Origin: Lysobacterales bacterium
GTDB taxonomy: Bacteria; Pseudomonadota; Gammaproteobacteria; Xanthomonadales; Xanthomonadaceae
Assembly: GCA_038248775.1 (NCBI GenBank)
Contig: JBBRXD010000001.1
Location: 1 to 33,506 of the forward strand
Direction: 5' to 3'
DNA length: 33,506 bases
Shown: piece by piece, positions 1-9,165 of the stretch
Layout: every line of letters starts with the position of its first letter
How positions within the stretch are numbered: the stretch's first letter is position 1
Position numbers and translations under genes: made by a program
Notes under the pieces: generated by a model
What the model saw: the letters and a program-made list of their open reading frames with translations, nothing else
What the model was told of the DNA's origin: nothing
The model's database searches: none

Positions 1-648
1 AATTACAAGTTCCATCGGCTGACCGGCGAAGGCGAGCCCGGCTACGAAGACGATCGGGTGCCGCGATTCGCGTCCAAGGTGGAGGCGGGTCGCCTGCTGG
101 TACGGGACACGGCGGTCACCACGCGCAACAAGCCCGCGCACGCCTGCACCTGGCCGTGCAGTTTTTCGCAGATGGATGCCGACGACGGAATGAAAACGGT
201 CTACGACAGCCTGGTGTTCTGGGCCGACGTGGTTCTGGTCGCCACGCCGATCCGCTGGGGCGCCGCCAGTTCGCTGTACTTCAAGATGGCGGAACGACTC
301 AACACCGTTCAGAACCAGATCACCCTCCGCGACCGCGTAATGCTCAAGAACAAGGTGGCCGGGTTCATCGTGATCGGCGGCCAGGACAACATCAAGGCCG
401 TCGCTGGCCAGATGCTGCAATTCTTCTCCGAGTTGGGCATGCAGTTCCCGCAGTTCCCCTACATCGCCCATAGTCGTGGCTGGACTGCCGAGGACATGGA
501 ATGCAACGTCGAGTTCGTCAAGCACAGCGCGACCTTGCACGACGCGCCTGTGACCTCGCAGGGGCTGCACTCGGGGATATGGCGGTGTAGGCTGCGTAGT
601 GGATGGGCGCATGAATTACCATCCCCAATCAGCAGAGGAAGATCATGA
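1..648 (+). pseudogene. Rieske [2Fe-2S] / flavodoxin (NAD(P)H-dependent FMN reductase-like) fusion; 5' end outside window, internally deleted, C-terminus diverged
   Basis: Frame 1 is open from base 1: NYKFHRLTGEGEPGYEDDRVP (Rieske C-terminal part), then directly CTWPCS...WADVVLVATPIRWG...KVAGFIVIGGQDN (flavodoxin second half). The flavodoxin N-terminal half is missing and the sequence after ~546 no longer resembles the family. Confidence 0.65.
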
Positions 649-1943
649 TCTTGGACCCGAGTGTCGCGACCAGTACCGATTCCCAGCCGATCGAGGGCGA
701 GGGCAATCCGATTCACGCCCCAGGCCTTCAGGGATTTGTCTTTGCCTTGTTCTTCATTTTTGGCGGTATTACTTCGCTCAATGACGTGATCATTCCCAAG
801 CTGAAAGAATTGTTCACGCTCAATTACACGCAGGCCATGCTGGTCCAGTTCTGCTTCTTCACCGCCTACTTGGTGATTGGTATTCCAGGCGCAAAACTGG
901 TCAAGAAGATCGGCTATATGCGCGGTGCAGTAGCGGGCTTGCTGGTCATGATGATCGGCTGCCTGCTGTTCATTCCGGCATCGCAAAATGCTACTTATAG
1001 TCTGTTCCTGTTTGCCCTGTTCATCCTGGCCAGCGGCGTTGTCATCGTGCAGGTCGTAGCCAATCCCCTGATCTCGCTGCTCGGTCCCGCAGCGACATCA
1101 CACAGCCGGCTGACCTTCGCGCAGGCTTTCAACTCGCTGGGCACGACGATCTTTCCCATCGTTGGCTCAATTCTTATCCTGGGGAGCCTGGCCTCTCTCA
1201 GCGCAGACCAGCTTTCCGGCGCACAGCTCGATGCCTATCGTACTGCCGAAAGCCAGGCGATCATGAGCGGCTATGTCGGTATTGCCATTGCCCTGGCCAT
1301 CGTTGCGGCGGTGGTGTGGATGTTCCGCAACAAGCTCAAAGGCGAAAGCCATGAAGACAGTTCGGGCCTCGGTGGTTTCGACTTGCTGCGGCGGGCGCGC
1401 TTCGGCTACGGAGCCTTGTGCATATTCCTCTATGTGGGGGCTGAGGTTTCCATCGGCTCGCTGGTGGTCAGCTATCTTATGCAGCCGGGCGTAATGGGCC
1501 TGCAGGAACAGGCGGCGGGCAAGTTGATCGGTCTGTATTGGGGCGGCGCCATGGTCGGACGATTCATCGGATCGGCGGTGCTTCGTGTGATCAGTCCGGG
1601 CAAGGTGCTGGCATTCGTGGCAATCGGCGCGATAGTGCTCATTGCTGTCTCGAGCAACACAACTGGTGTCGTGTCCGGGTATAGCCTGCTGGCCATTGGC
1701 CTGATGAACGCGATCATGTTCCCGACGATCTTCAGCCTGGCTTGCGAAAAACTGGGTAGCCGCGCCGCGGACGGCTCGGGCATCATCAATGTCGCCATTT
1801 TTGGCGGCGCTGTGGTGCCGTTGCTGACCGGCGTATTGGCCGATGCCAGCGGAAGTCTCGCAATTGCCTTGGCGCTGCCAGCGGCTTGCTACGCGATCAT
1901 TGCCGGTTTCGGCATTTATGCGAGGCTACCCGCAGCTGCCTGA
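645..1943 (+). CDS. Glucose/galactose MFS transporter (FucP/GluP family)
   Basis: 432 aa with ~12 hydrophobic segments; motifs TSLNDVIIP, LVQFCFF, QVVANP, RLTFAQAFNSLG, FLYVGAEV, IMFPTIF; AGAGGA RBS upstream. Confidence 0.93.
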   Translation: MILDPSVATSTDSQPIEGEGNPIHAPGLQGFVFALFFIFGGITSLNDVIIPKLKELFTLNYTQAMLVQFCFFTAYLVIGIPGAKLVKKIGYMRGAVAGLLVMMIGCLLFIPASQNATYSLFLFALFILASGVVIVQVVANPLISLLGPAATSHSRLTFAQAFNSLGTTIFPIVGSILILGSLASLSADQLSGAQLDAYRTAESQAIMSGYVGIAIALAIVAAVVWMFRNKLKGESHEDSSGLGGFDLLRRARFGYGALCIFLYVGAEVSIGSLVVSYLMQPGVMGLQEQAAGKLIGLYWGGAMVGRFIGSAVLRVISPGKVLAFVAIGAIVLIAVSSNTTGVVSGYSLLAIGLMNAIMFPTIFSLACEKLGSRAADGSGIINVAIFGGAVVPLLTGVLADASGSLAIALALPAACYAIIAGFGIYARLPAAA

Positions 1944-2011
1944 GCTTGGCTTGGACCAGGTTTCCGTGGGTGCCGTGCGGGTATTCATCGCGTTCATTGC
2001 GCGCGGCTGGG

Positions 2012-3208
2012 TTAGTCGTTAATGGTCACACCTGGGCAGGAAATCGCCGGGTCATTACCCAGGCGCCGGAGCAGTGAGTCGAAGTCTGGATTCGCTATGT
2101 CCACGTAGATGAAGCGACCCTGGTCGTTGCAGATGACATCGCTGTTGTTGGGAATGGCCTGCTTGTAAAGGACGATCACCTTGGGCGAGTTTTCCCGACC
2201 AAGGTTCGCCACCAGCTTTGGGGCCATGCGTTGTTGATTCGAAACAACGACTATGTCCGCTTCGAGCATTGAATGGACCAACTGGAAGAGCTTCAGCGGA
2301 GTCTCGCCCACGTGCAGTTCGATGCCCTCCATCCCGGCGAAGCAGGCGAATTGGCGCTGGTCGTAACCGGCTGTGGCCTGGTTGAAACTCGCGATCTGCT
2401 CCGGCGACCAGGCCAGTTTTTCCAGGCTGGACTCGATGAGTTTCAGCCCTCGGTCTGCGCCATCGGAAAAAACCAGAGTCGATGAGCGCGCTGGCGCAAG
2501 CCGGGCCAAGAGCTCGTCCAGGAATTGCCGGTACTGCCCCACCTCGAATTGCCATTGCGTCGAGGGGATGCTGGCGAAACTTTCGTATTCGACCAGTTGG
2601 TCGCCACGGTGGCTCCAGACCGGGATGAAGCTCCCCCATGGGGTCTCGACGACGCTGGTGTCGCCCTGCCGGATATGCACCACGATCTTCAGGCCATCGC
2701 CATGATGCAGCGTTGCGATCGGCGCACGGACCCTGGCGTCAACGTAGAGGGCGGGCAGGTCGAGCCCGTCCTGGAACTGCGGGATGGCCGCGTGGATCAG
2801 GCTGAAAATCCTCTTGCGCTCCCCATCGAGCTGGAATTTGACCAGTGCCGGGCCGGAGGTTCGACCGATGCTGCGCTCGACGTGTCCGGCCAACTCGGCG
2901 AGCGAACCGGTTGCGACCGCTGGCACGATGTCGTCGGACAGCCTCATCACGATTGGTTCGACGTTCGCACCGATGGCTATCGTCTGCTGGCGGCGCTGGA
3001 AATGCGCGTTTAACCCAATGAATCCATGGATATCGGGACCGGCCACTGGCGGCGCGATATCGCTGCCATTGCTTCTATGGGAAATAAACGCGGTGTGCAG
3101 ATAGTCATAACCCAGATGCAGGCCCAGTTTGTAGAAAGCACTGAACTGCGTCAGTTGGTCGGTGAAGCCGGAGTAGGTTGGCTCAATGGTGAAAAAGGTC
3201 TTGGCCAT
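2012..3208 (-). CDS. Putative fucosyltransferase-like protein (GT11/O-FucT-type GT-B fold)
   Basis: 398 aa; N-terminal GFTDQLTQF (resembles GT11 GLGNQLFQ), VVHIRQGD (HxRxGD GDP-fucose-binding motif), VFSD, and a late MLEADIVVVSN segment. Confidence 0.6.
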   Translation of the reverse strand: MAKTFFTIEPTYSGFTDQLTQFSAFYKLGLHLGYDYLHTAFISHRSNGSDIAPPVAGPDIHGFIGLNAHFQRRQQTIAIGANVEPIVMRLSDDIVPAVATGSLAELAGHVERSIGRTSGPALVKFQLDGERKRIFSLIHAAIPQFQDGLDLPALYVDARVRAPIATLHHGDGLKIVVHIRQGDTSVVETPWGSFIPVWSHRGDQLVEYESFASIPSTQWQFEVGQYRQFLDELLARLAPARSSTLVFSDGADRGLKLIESSLEKLAWSPEQIASFNQATAGYDQRQFACFAGMEGIELHVGETPLKLFQLVHSMLEADIVVVSNQQRMAPKLVANLGRENSPKVIVLYKQAIPNNSDVICNDQGRFIYVDIANPDFDSLLRRLGNDPAISCPGVTIND

Positions 3209-3379
3209 GTCAGGTATTCAGCGTAAGGCCCGGTAGACGATTATCGCGCGTCCGTCGCTGGTCGCCATCGGTGGCGAGCTCCAAGGCCGATTGAATTGGT
3301 TTGCAGAAAATCCAAGCGAGCGTAGCATGCCCTGCCGTGCGGCATTCTAGCGCATTGCTTCGCCTGCGCGCTCGCAGGT

Positions 3380-3799
3380 TCAGCCGCGCGCAGCGCGCTC
3401 GAAGCTAAGGCAGAACGCGCCGATGCGCTGCGCAAGGGGCGTCTGCTCCAGCGCGGGTTGTACGCCGAGCGCGCCGACGTCGATGAAGCTTTGATCATTG
3501 AATTCGCTGGCCACCGCCGAGCCACCCCAGTAGATCGGGACGGCATCCGAGACCAGCGCATCGACCAGCTTCTCGGTCAAATAGCACGCGTAGGCGGAAT
3601 TCTCGAAAGCCATCGCGAACTTGTGCTCACGGGTTTTCTGGATCTTGCCAGTCCAGGCATAGCCGCAGCAGGAAGCAATCAGCAGGTCGGAGTCGTCTTG
3701 CACGATCTGTACCGCTATCCCCAGCTGCCCAAAGAGCGTGACGGGGAAATTGCTGTGGTCGTCCCAGCCCGGCCAGAAATCGGAGAAGGCCAGTTTCAT
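3380..3799 (-). pseudogene. GT10 alpha-1,3-fucosyltransferase remnant with large internal deletion
   Basis: MKLAFSDFW...DLLIASCCG (GT10 N-terminus) is joined directly to KFAMAFENSAYACYLTEKLVDA...VPIYWG (alpha-1,3-FucT motif); only ~139 aa, against roughly 300 or more for intact GT10 proteins. Confidence 0.8.
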
Positions 3800-3959
3800 C
3801 ACGCGCGGCCCCCAGGCATCACTGGCGTTCCCGCCAGGCCGGAGAAACTCTCGACCAGCGTGAAGGCCTCGTTTCTTTGTTGGGGAGCAGTTGGTGGAGA
3901 TGCGCCAGTAGCGCAATGGAACTGCGAACGATACCGCGACGCCGCTCCGGGCTGCCTGC

Positions 3960-4886
3960 CTATAATCGCAGCCCGGGAACGAAGCAGTCTCTCTCGATCA
4001 GTTCCCGCTCAGGAAATCCCAGCCACTTGACTCCTTCGCCTGACGGCCGATTCATCAGATACACCTTCTGACTCGGGTTGAAAACCGAAGCCCATCCCGA
4101 AAGATCCGACATGTTCTTTACCAGGACGCCGCACTTCGCCAGAAGCAGGCAGTTGATCAAGGCCTCATGGCCGAGGCGGTATTGATCAGCTACGGGCGCA
4201 AGATGTATGGGTTGTTCGCTGCTTGAGCGAAGCTCGTCTTTGCAATAACTGACACTGAAACCATTCAAGCTGCTGGCGATCGTGTCGAGAAAGCCATGAC
4301 TGTCCGATGCCACAAAGACCCGATCTATGTCCGGGTGGAGCGCCAGAGAAGTCCTAATGTGTCTGATCGCCGATTCGGTATCGACCGCGGCCGCCTCCCG
4401 AATCTTGTCGGTACCCCGGTAGTGGATGCCGGCCACATCGACCCCGATCTGTTTTTCAGCGGCAATCCGCTCGACATGGGCGGAGACTTCGGGTCGCAAC
4501 GAATAATATTTACTCCAGAACACATGGCTTTGCGCAAGTGTCGGAAAATCGTCCTGGGACCAGCCAGGACAATCAAAAAAGCTTTCTATCCGCGCTAGCG
4601 GAGCACCACTGACCAGCCGACTTTCCGCGGCAGACAGTGCGGGCCCGTCAAAAAAGTATTCGAGAAAACACGGCCCTCGCGTTGGCTCCAGGTAGTTGCA
4701 AGAAACGAGCCTGATGCAGGGCTTGAGAGCCAGCCGCTCGCAAAGCCGGAGCATGGACATCACACCGCCCATATGAGCAAAGAAGCCCAGGCTCGGGATA
4801 TCGACCTCGACGCAGAATAGCCCGCCCCGGGCCATTCCTGACTCGGATAGCAATCGCAAGGTTTCGGAATCGCTGGCCACTTGCAT
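3960..4886 (-). CDS. NodZ-like (GT23) alpha-1,6-fucosyltransferase family protein
   Basis: 308 aa; GFFAH near the N-terminus, GIHYRGTDK, VFVASDS and EALINCLLLAKC...SDLS match NodZ/FUT8-type motifs. Confidence 0.75.
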   Translation of the reverse strand: MQVASDSETLRLLSESGMARGGLFCVEVDIPSLGFFAHMGGVMSMLRLCERLALKPCIRLVSCNYLEPTRGPCFLEYFFDGPALSAAESRLVSGAPLARIESFFDCPGWSQDDFPTLAQSHVFWSKYYSLRPEVSAHVERIAAEKQIGVDVAGIHYRGTDKIREAAAVDTESAIRHIRTSLALHPDIDRVFVASDSHGFLDTIASSLNGFSVSYCKDELRSSSEQPIHLAPVADQYRLGHEALINCLLLAKCGVLVKNMSDLSGWASVFNPSQKVYLMNRPSGEGVKWLGFPERELIERDCFVPGLRL

Positions 4887-5001
4887 GAACTACCGAAGGT
4901 TGAGAAGGAAATGGCAAACAGGATTCAGGTCGCCCGCCTGAGCGAAGCAGGTCGAGATATCCGGGCACATCATGTGCTACGTCAGCTGTTGGAACGACGC
5001 A

Positions 5002-5007
5002 ATTATA
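5002..5007 (-). promoter_or_regulatory. Possible sigma70 -10 box (TATAAT) upstream of the NodZ-like gene
   Basis: Perfect TATAAT on the minus strand ~115 nt before ATG 4886; no convincing -35. Confidence 0.25.
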
Positions 5008-5167
5008 GAGGGTTTAACCCCGATTCTGCGGACACTTTCACCGAGACCCATACTGGGTCAAAACTACGCGCAAGCATTCGGAAGATCGCCCTGGAACCGG
5101 GGGAAGGGAGGCATTTCCTGGCGGCGGAAGCCCGCGCGATGCGGAGGTCGACGGCCTCAAGCGTGAG

Positions 5168-5310
5168 CTAGCCACCCCAATAGTTCGGCGCGACGACCGA
5201 GTCCCGCGCATCGACCAGCTTTTCGGTCACGTAGCCGGCGTAGGCGGAATTCCCGAAAGCCATCGCAAACCTGTACTCGCGGCTTTTCTGGATATTGCCG
5301 ACGCGGTCTA
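5168..5310 (-). pseudogene. Second GT10 fucosyltransferase fragment
   Basis: NIQKSREYRFAMAFGNSAYAGYVTEKLVDA...PNYWGG*; FENS is mutated to FGNS and followed by a premature stop; 5171-5300 matches 3521-3650 at 108/130 nt by hand count. Confidence 0.8.
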
Positions 5311-5403
5311 GCGTCATGACCTTGATCTTGACTATACAGACACCTGTCAATGTCCTTCCTGATGCGGCACAAATGGTTTCAACGGATCGGAGATCAGGAT
5401 GGA

Positions 5404-6051
5404 TTAAACATCTATTGAGTGGATGCGTATGAAATTATAATCATCAGCGTAAGTGTGTTCAATAAAAGCCCGCGCAGCTGCCGACAACGTTGGCACGGGT
5501 AGTTCGCTAGGATTGAGCATGGGCAAGCGTACGTCGCAGTCGACTCCCAACTCGACCGCAAGAGTGTCGATATCAGCGCGTAAATGCCTGAATCGCAGTA
5601 TGCAGGCAGGGTGATTGATCAACCAACTTGACTGAGGCTCATAGGCGAATGTGAATGCAAGCACGCGGCCAGCTACAGTGTGCAACTCCTGAGGCTCGCC
5701 GTTGCGTCGTAGATAGTCCTCAGGCCGATTGCCCAATTCTACCCACGCCAGATTGTTCATGGGGTGTGAAGGATCGCCGGCACTCTCTGCCAGCTCGTTG
5801 GCATCGGAAAACTGTGCGTTTACCGGACTTGGCCAATACCTTTGGCTGTAGTTGAACGCAGAAACAAATCGTTCGGCCGGATCACGGATAACGACGATTT
5901 CACGTTTTGCGAGGCGACGCTTGTAGTCGTGTCCATCGGTCAGTACTGGCCAATGATGTTGGATAAAATGATGCGCAATAGAAGTTCCAGCATTTTTAGG
6001 GATAGGGATAAAACTGCTTCCATTCGAGACTGATAAGTCGATGTCAACCAT
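5404..6051 (-). CDS. Sulfotransferase family 2 (Sulfotransfer_2-like) protein
   Basis: FIPIPKNAGTSI (5'-PSB loop), VIRDPAERFVSAFNY (3'-PB motif), C-terminal YADDY; start taken at ATG 6051. Confidence 0.8.
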   Translation of the reverse strand: MVDIDLSVSNGSSFIPIPKNAGTSIAHHFIQHHWPVLTDGHDYKRRLAKREIVVIRDPAERFVSAFNYSQRYWPSPVNAQFSDANELAESAGDPSHPMNNLAWVELGNRPEDYLRRNGEPQELHTVAGRVLAFTFAYEPQSSWLINHPACILRFRHLRADIDTLAVELGVDCDVRLPMLNPSELPVPTLSAAARAFIEHTYADDYNFIRIHSIDV

Positions 6052-6320
6052 TGGTACGCCCCTCGAAATCCTGGTAAAGCCGGCCAATAATCACGTCTTC
6101 AGCGCTTGGCAAACAGCATTCGTTCTCCAAAGCCATTTCGGCAGCAGATTCACTTACTTACTGCGTCGCTGTCAAGAATTTGGCGCAAGGCGACCACGGC
6201 GGCGACTTTTCATTGGATGCATAGGTGTTCGTTCATGGCATGGCCGCGCCGGCTTCGAGTCGCTGCTGCGCTATTGCGCGCGGCCGTGATGGTCCTCGGG
6301 GCGATTGACCCAGGCAGGCG
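6044..6320 (-). pseudogene. 3' remnant of a GT31-like gene; repeat copy 1
   Basis: Minus frame reads KSPPWSPCAKFLTATQ*VSESAAEMALENECCLPSAEDVIIGRLYQDFEGRTNG*, resembling the C-terminus of 15925-16647 (FLSRRFANYVAENG...GSEDVMIGRLFLDF); ~80% nt identical to 12779-13040. Confidence 0.7.
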
Positions 6321-6375
6321 AAGTACATGCATGCTTGCGAGCCGATTAGTCCGCATGAACCGGTGACCAGGAGCT

Positions 6376-7293
6376 TCAAGCGCCGTCCTGGCAGCTGGAC
6401 TGCAAGCGGTAGAGGTGGTGCCAGGTCGGGTTGATGGCATGGGCCTGCACCACCGGATCGCAGAACTTGGGATCCATCGCCACCAGATGGTAGCCGTGCC
6501 GGGCGACGATGCCGGAAAAATCCCGGTCGTCATTGGTCATCAGGCGCTGCCCGCCGTGGTCGTTGGCATTGAGCACCAGCATCAGGTATTCGACGCGATG
6601 TCGCGCCAGCAGCGCCATCCACCATTCGATCGCCGGCAGGTGGCATTCTGAGAAGCTGTGGATGTTGACTGCAAGGTTAACCCCGGCGCCGTCAAGGACC
6701 TGTTCGATCTCATCCAGCGCCACCGCCTGGCCACGCGCATCCAGGCCGCGGAAGCGCAGGTAATACTCGGAAATGAAGCTCGATACCGCCACCGCGTCGG
6801 TGCACAGGTAGCGCTGCACGTTGGGCAGGCCGGCAAGCATGCGGTGCGCCAGCCGGCCGTAGCCAGCGCCGATGTCGAGCACACGCAGGTTCTGTCTTGC
6901 AGAAAGCTGCAGGTGTTTTTCCAGGAACAGGATCTCGGCGACCGAGTCGAGCAGGTCGCGCGATACGCACTGGCCGGCGATCTCGAAGGTGCAGGCACCG
7001 AACAACCCGTCTTCCTCCAGGCGCCCAAGCAGACCCAAGTGGTCGATCGATTTAAGGTAGTAGGTCGCCAGTGCGTAGGCACCGGCGTCCATATTTTCGC
7101 CGCGCAGCTGCCAGACATAGGCGTTGTCGCCTCGGAACAGCGCTATGTCGGTATCGGCAACATAGCCTTCGGTCCAATGCAGCGGCGCGGTCACCGCGCT
7201 GTCGAAGGCGGCGTAACGGGCTTTCAGGTCGAGCAGGCGAGGGTTGTCCGGCGCCAGGTAGCGCGCGGCCTCAGCAGGCACGGTCAATGACAT
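6376..7293 (-). CDS. Putative sugar O-methyltransferase (class I SAM-dependent)
   Basis: 305 aa; SRDLLDSVAEI, VLDIGAGYGRLAH (SAM motif I), AVNIHSFSEC. Confidence 0.8.
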   Translation of the reverse strand: MSLTVPAEAARYLAPDNPRLLDLKARYAAFDSAVTAPLHWTEGYVADTDIALFRGDNAYVWQLRGENMDAGAYALATYYLKSIDHLGLLGRLEEDGLFGACTFEIAGQCVSRDLLDSVAEILFLEKHLQLSARQNLRVLDIGAGYGRLAHRMLAGLPNVQRYLCTDAVAVSSFISEYYLRFRGLDARGQAVALDEIEQVLDGAGVNLAVNIHSFSECHLPAIEWWMALLARHRVEYLMLVLNANDHGGQRLMTNDDRDFSGIVARHGYHLVAMDPKFCDPVVQAHAINPTWHHLYRLQSSCQDGA

Positions 7294-7350
7294 GTTGGTT
7301 CCCCGGTTCCAGTGGGTGGGCGCCTGGCCGCCGCCCCAGGACTACGGCTG

Positions 7351-8031
7351 TCATCGGGGCAATACAGGATAGCCATATCTTTCGCGCATGTCCCCGAGGG
7401 CATCGCGATCCGGGCCCGCCGGAAGGTCTTCGAAAACCAGGCCGCGCGCCCGTGTGCGCGGTACCCGGCGCTCCTCGCGGGAGTTCAGGTTCCTGCTGAT
7501 ACGGGCGAGTTCCTGTTTGATCAGCGGACCTTTTCCGGGGTAGATCTGTTCGGCGAAATCGGCGATCCCTTGCGGCTGGTCCTCTACCCGCACACGCACG
7601 CTGGCGAAGGGTTCGCAGCGGGCATTCCATTCGATGTAAAAGCGCATGGCGTCGAGCAGGGGGTCGCCACTCAGATGGAAGTGACGCTCAAGGAAGTTAC
7701 GCCATGGGCGATGGATCTTATCGGCAAAATCACGGGCGAACAGACCCAGGTCCAGCAGTGAATCGATCACCGCCAGTGGCTCGCGCACCTGGTGCAGGAT
7801 CGGGCCGGGAAAACGTGCCAGGTAGGGTACGGCCATCCACGAGACGTCCCCCTCCAGTCGGCCCGGGTCGCGCGGACCGGTCTGGGTGAAAACGGCCTCG
7901 TGCTCCACGGCGATGCCGGCGCGTTGCAGCAGCGCGGTGGTGAAGGTGGTGCCGCTGCGGCCGGTGCCCACGACCAGGAAGCGAAGACTCGGCATGGACG
8001 ATTCATCCGTGGCATTTTCCGCAGTGCTCAC
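7351..8031 (-). CDS. Sulfotransferase (P-loop, Sulfotransfer_1/3-like)
   Basis: FLVVGTGRSGTTF PAPS-binding loop, HE, HQVREPLAVIDS; strong AAGGAGG RBS before GTG 8031. Confidence 0.8.
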   Translation of the reverse strand: MSTAENATDESSMPSLRFLVVGTGRSGTTFTTALLQRAGIAVEHEAVFTQTGPRDPGRLEGDVSWMAVPYLARFPGPILHQVREPLAVIDSLLDLGLFARDFADKIHRPWRNFLERHFHLSGDPLLDAMRFYIEWNARCEPFASVRVRVEDQPQGIADFAEQIYPGKGPLIKQELARISRNLNSREERRVPRTRARGLVFEDLPAGPDRDALGDMRERYGYPVLPR

Positions 8032-8169
8032 CCGGCCGCCTCCTTGCTTGCAAGAGTGCTCATTTTACCCTGCGTCTCTTGCCTGCGGCGCATCGGGGAG
8101 CGCAGAAGCGCATGGTATAGTCGCGCGCCAAAAGTGCTGGCCTGATCCGGCGCGAGTGGAAGGACGCAA

Positions 8170-9165
8170 ATGCCCGATGCCGCCGTGCAGATCACTGTCA
8201 TCGTACCGGTGTTCAATGCCGCCACCACCGTGCATCGGGCCCTGTCGTCGGTGCTTGACCATACCCGCGCCACGGTGGAGTTGCTGTGCATCGATGACGG
8301 CTCCACCGATCACTCCGCGTCGGTGCTCGACCGGCTGGCCGCGGATGACAGCCGGGTGCGGGTGTTGCATCCGGGCCGCAACCAGGGCGTGAGCACGGCC
8401 AGGAACCTGGGCCTGGACTCGGCACGGGGTGCCTGGGTCAGCTTCCTGGATGCCGACGATGAGGTGGTGCCCGGTGCGCTCGACCGCCTGCTTGCCGTCG
8501 CGCTGGAAGCGGGCAGCGACATGGCGGTGGGCCACGTACTCGGTCTCGATCGGCCGCCGACCGCATCGGTGGTACTGAGAAACGGCGCCGGCCGGGTGCT
8601 GAAGACCCGCCTGCGGGAATCGCCCTGGCTGCAGTCGGTCTCCGGACATCACTGCGGCAACCTGTATCGCCGGCAGTTGCTGGAGCAACACCACATCCGC
8701 TTTGCTGCCGACCTGGCCCTGGGCGAAGACCAGCTGTTCCAGGCCACGGTAATGGTGAGGGCCGATGTGATCGCGATCATCGAGGACACCGTGTACCTGT
8801 ATCACCACTACTCGGGGTCATCGCTGACCACCCGGCTGCTCACGCCGAAAAACCTGTCCGACGACCTGGAGTGGCAGCGTCGCAGCGCGCGGCTATTCCA
8901 TGACCATGGCCTGGAGCGGGCCGGCTTGGCTTTCCTGCGCGACTGGTCGTTTTCCATCGACAATTACTGGTTGCAGATACCCGCCGCTTTGAGCCGGCAG
9001 GCGGCCGGTGAGTTCTTCGCATCGCTGCGCGCGCTGCAGGCCGAGTTCGATGTGGAGCCCTGGCACGAAGAGACGCCGGCGCATCACCGGCACTTGCTGG
9101 GTCTGATCATGGCCGGAGAGGACGAGGCGGTGCTGGCGTACCTGGGCACCCTGCTACACCGATGA
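8170..9165 (+). CDS. Glycosyltransferase family 2
   Basis: ITVIVPVFN, CIDDGSTD, NQGVSTARNLG, FLDADD, GEDQLF. Confidence 0.92.
   Translation: MPDAAVQITVIVPVFNAATTVHRALSSVLDHTRATVELLCIDDGSTDHSASVLDRLAADDSRVRVLHPGRNQGVSTARNLGLDSARGAWVSFLDADDEVVPGALDRLLAVALEAGSDMAVGHVLGLDRPPTASVVLRNGAGRVLKTRLRESPWLQSVSGHHCGNLYRRQLLEQHHIRFAADLALGEDQLFQATVMVRADVIAIIEDTVYLYHHYSGSSLTTRLLTPKNLSDDLEWQRRSARLFHDHGLERAGLAFLRDWSFSIDNYWLQIPAALSRQAAGEFFASLRALQAEFDVEPWHEETPAHHRHLLGLIMAGEDEAVLAYLGTLLHR

Noticed and set aside
1971-3380. Shared TGCCGTGCGG plus weak similarity just past the stops at 2012 and 3380
   Set aside because: Only 10 exact bases in GC-rich DNA; cannot be distinguished from chance by eye.
6167-6175. CGCTGTCAA in both repeat copies as LacI operators
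   Set aside because: Only a half-site; the other half does not match TGACA.
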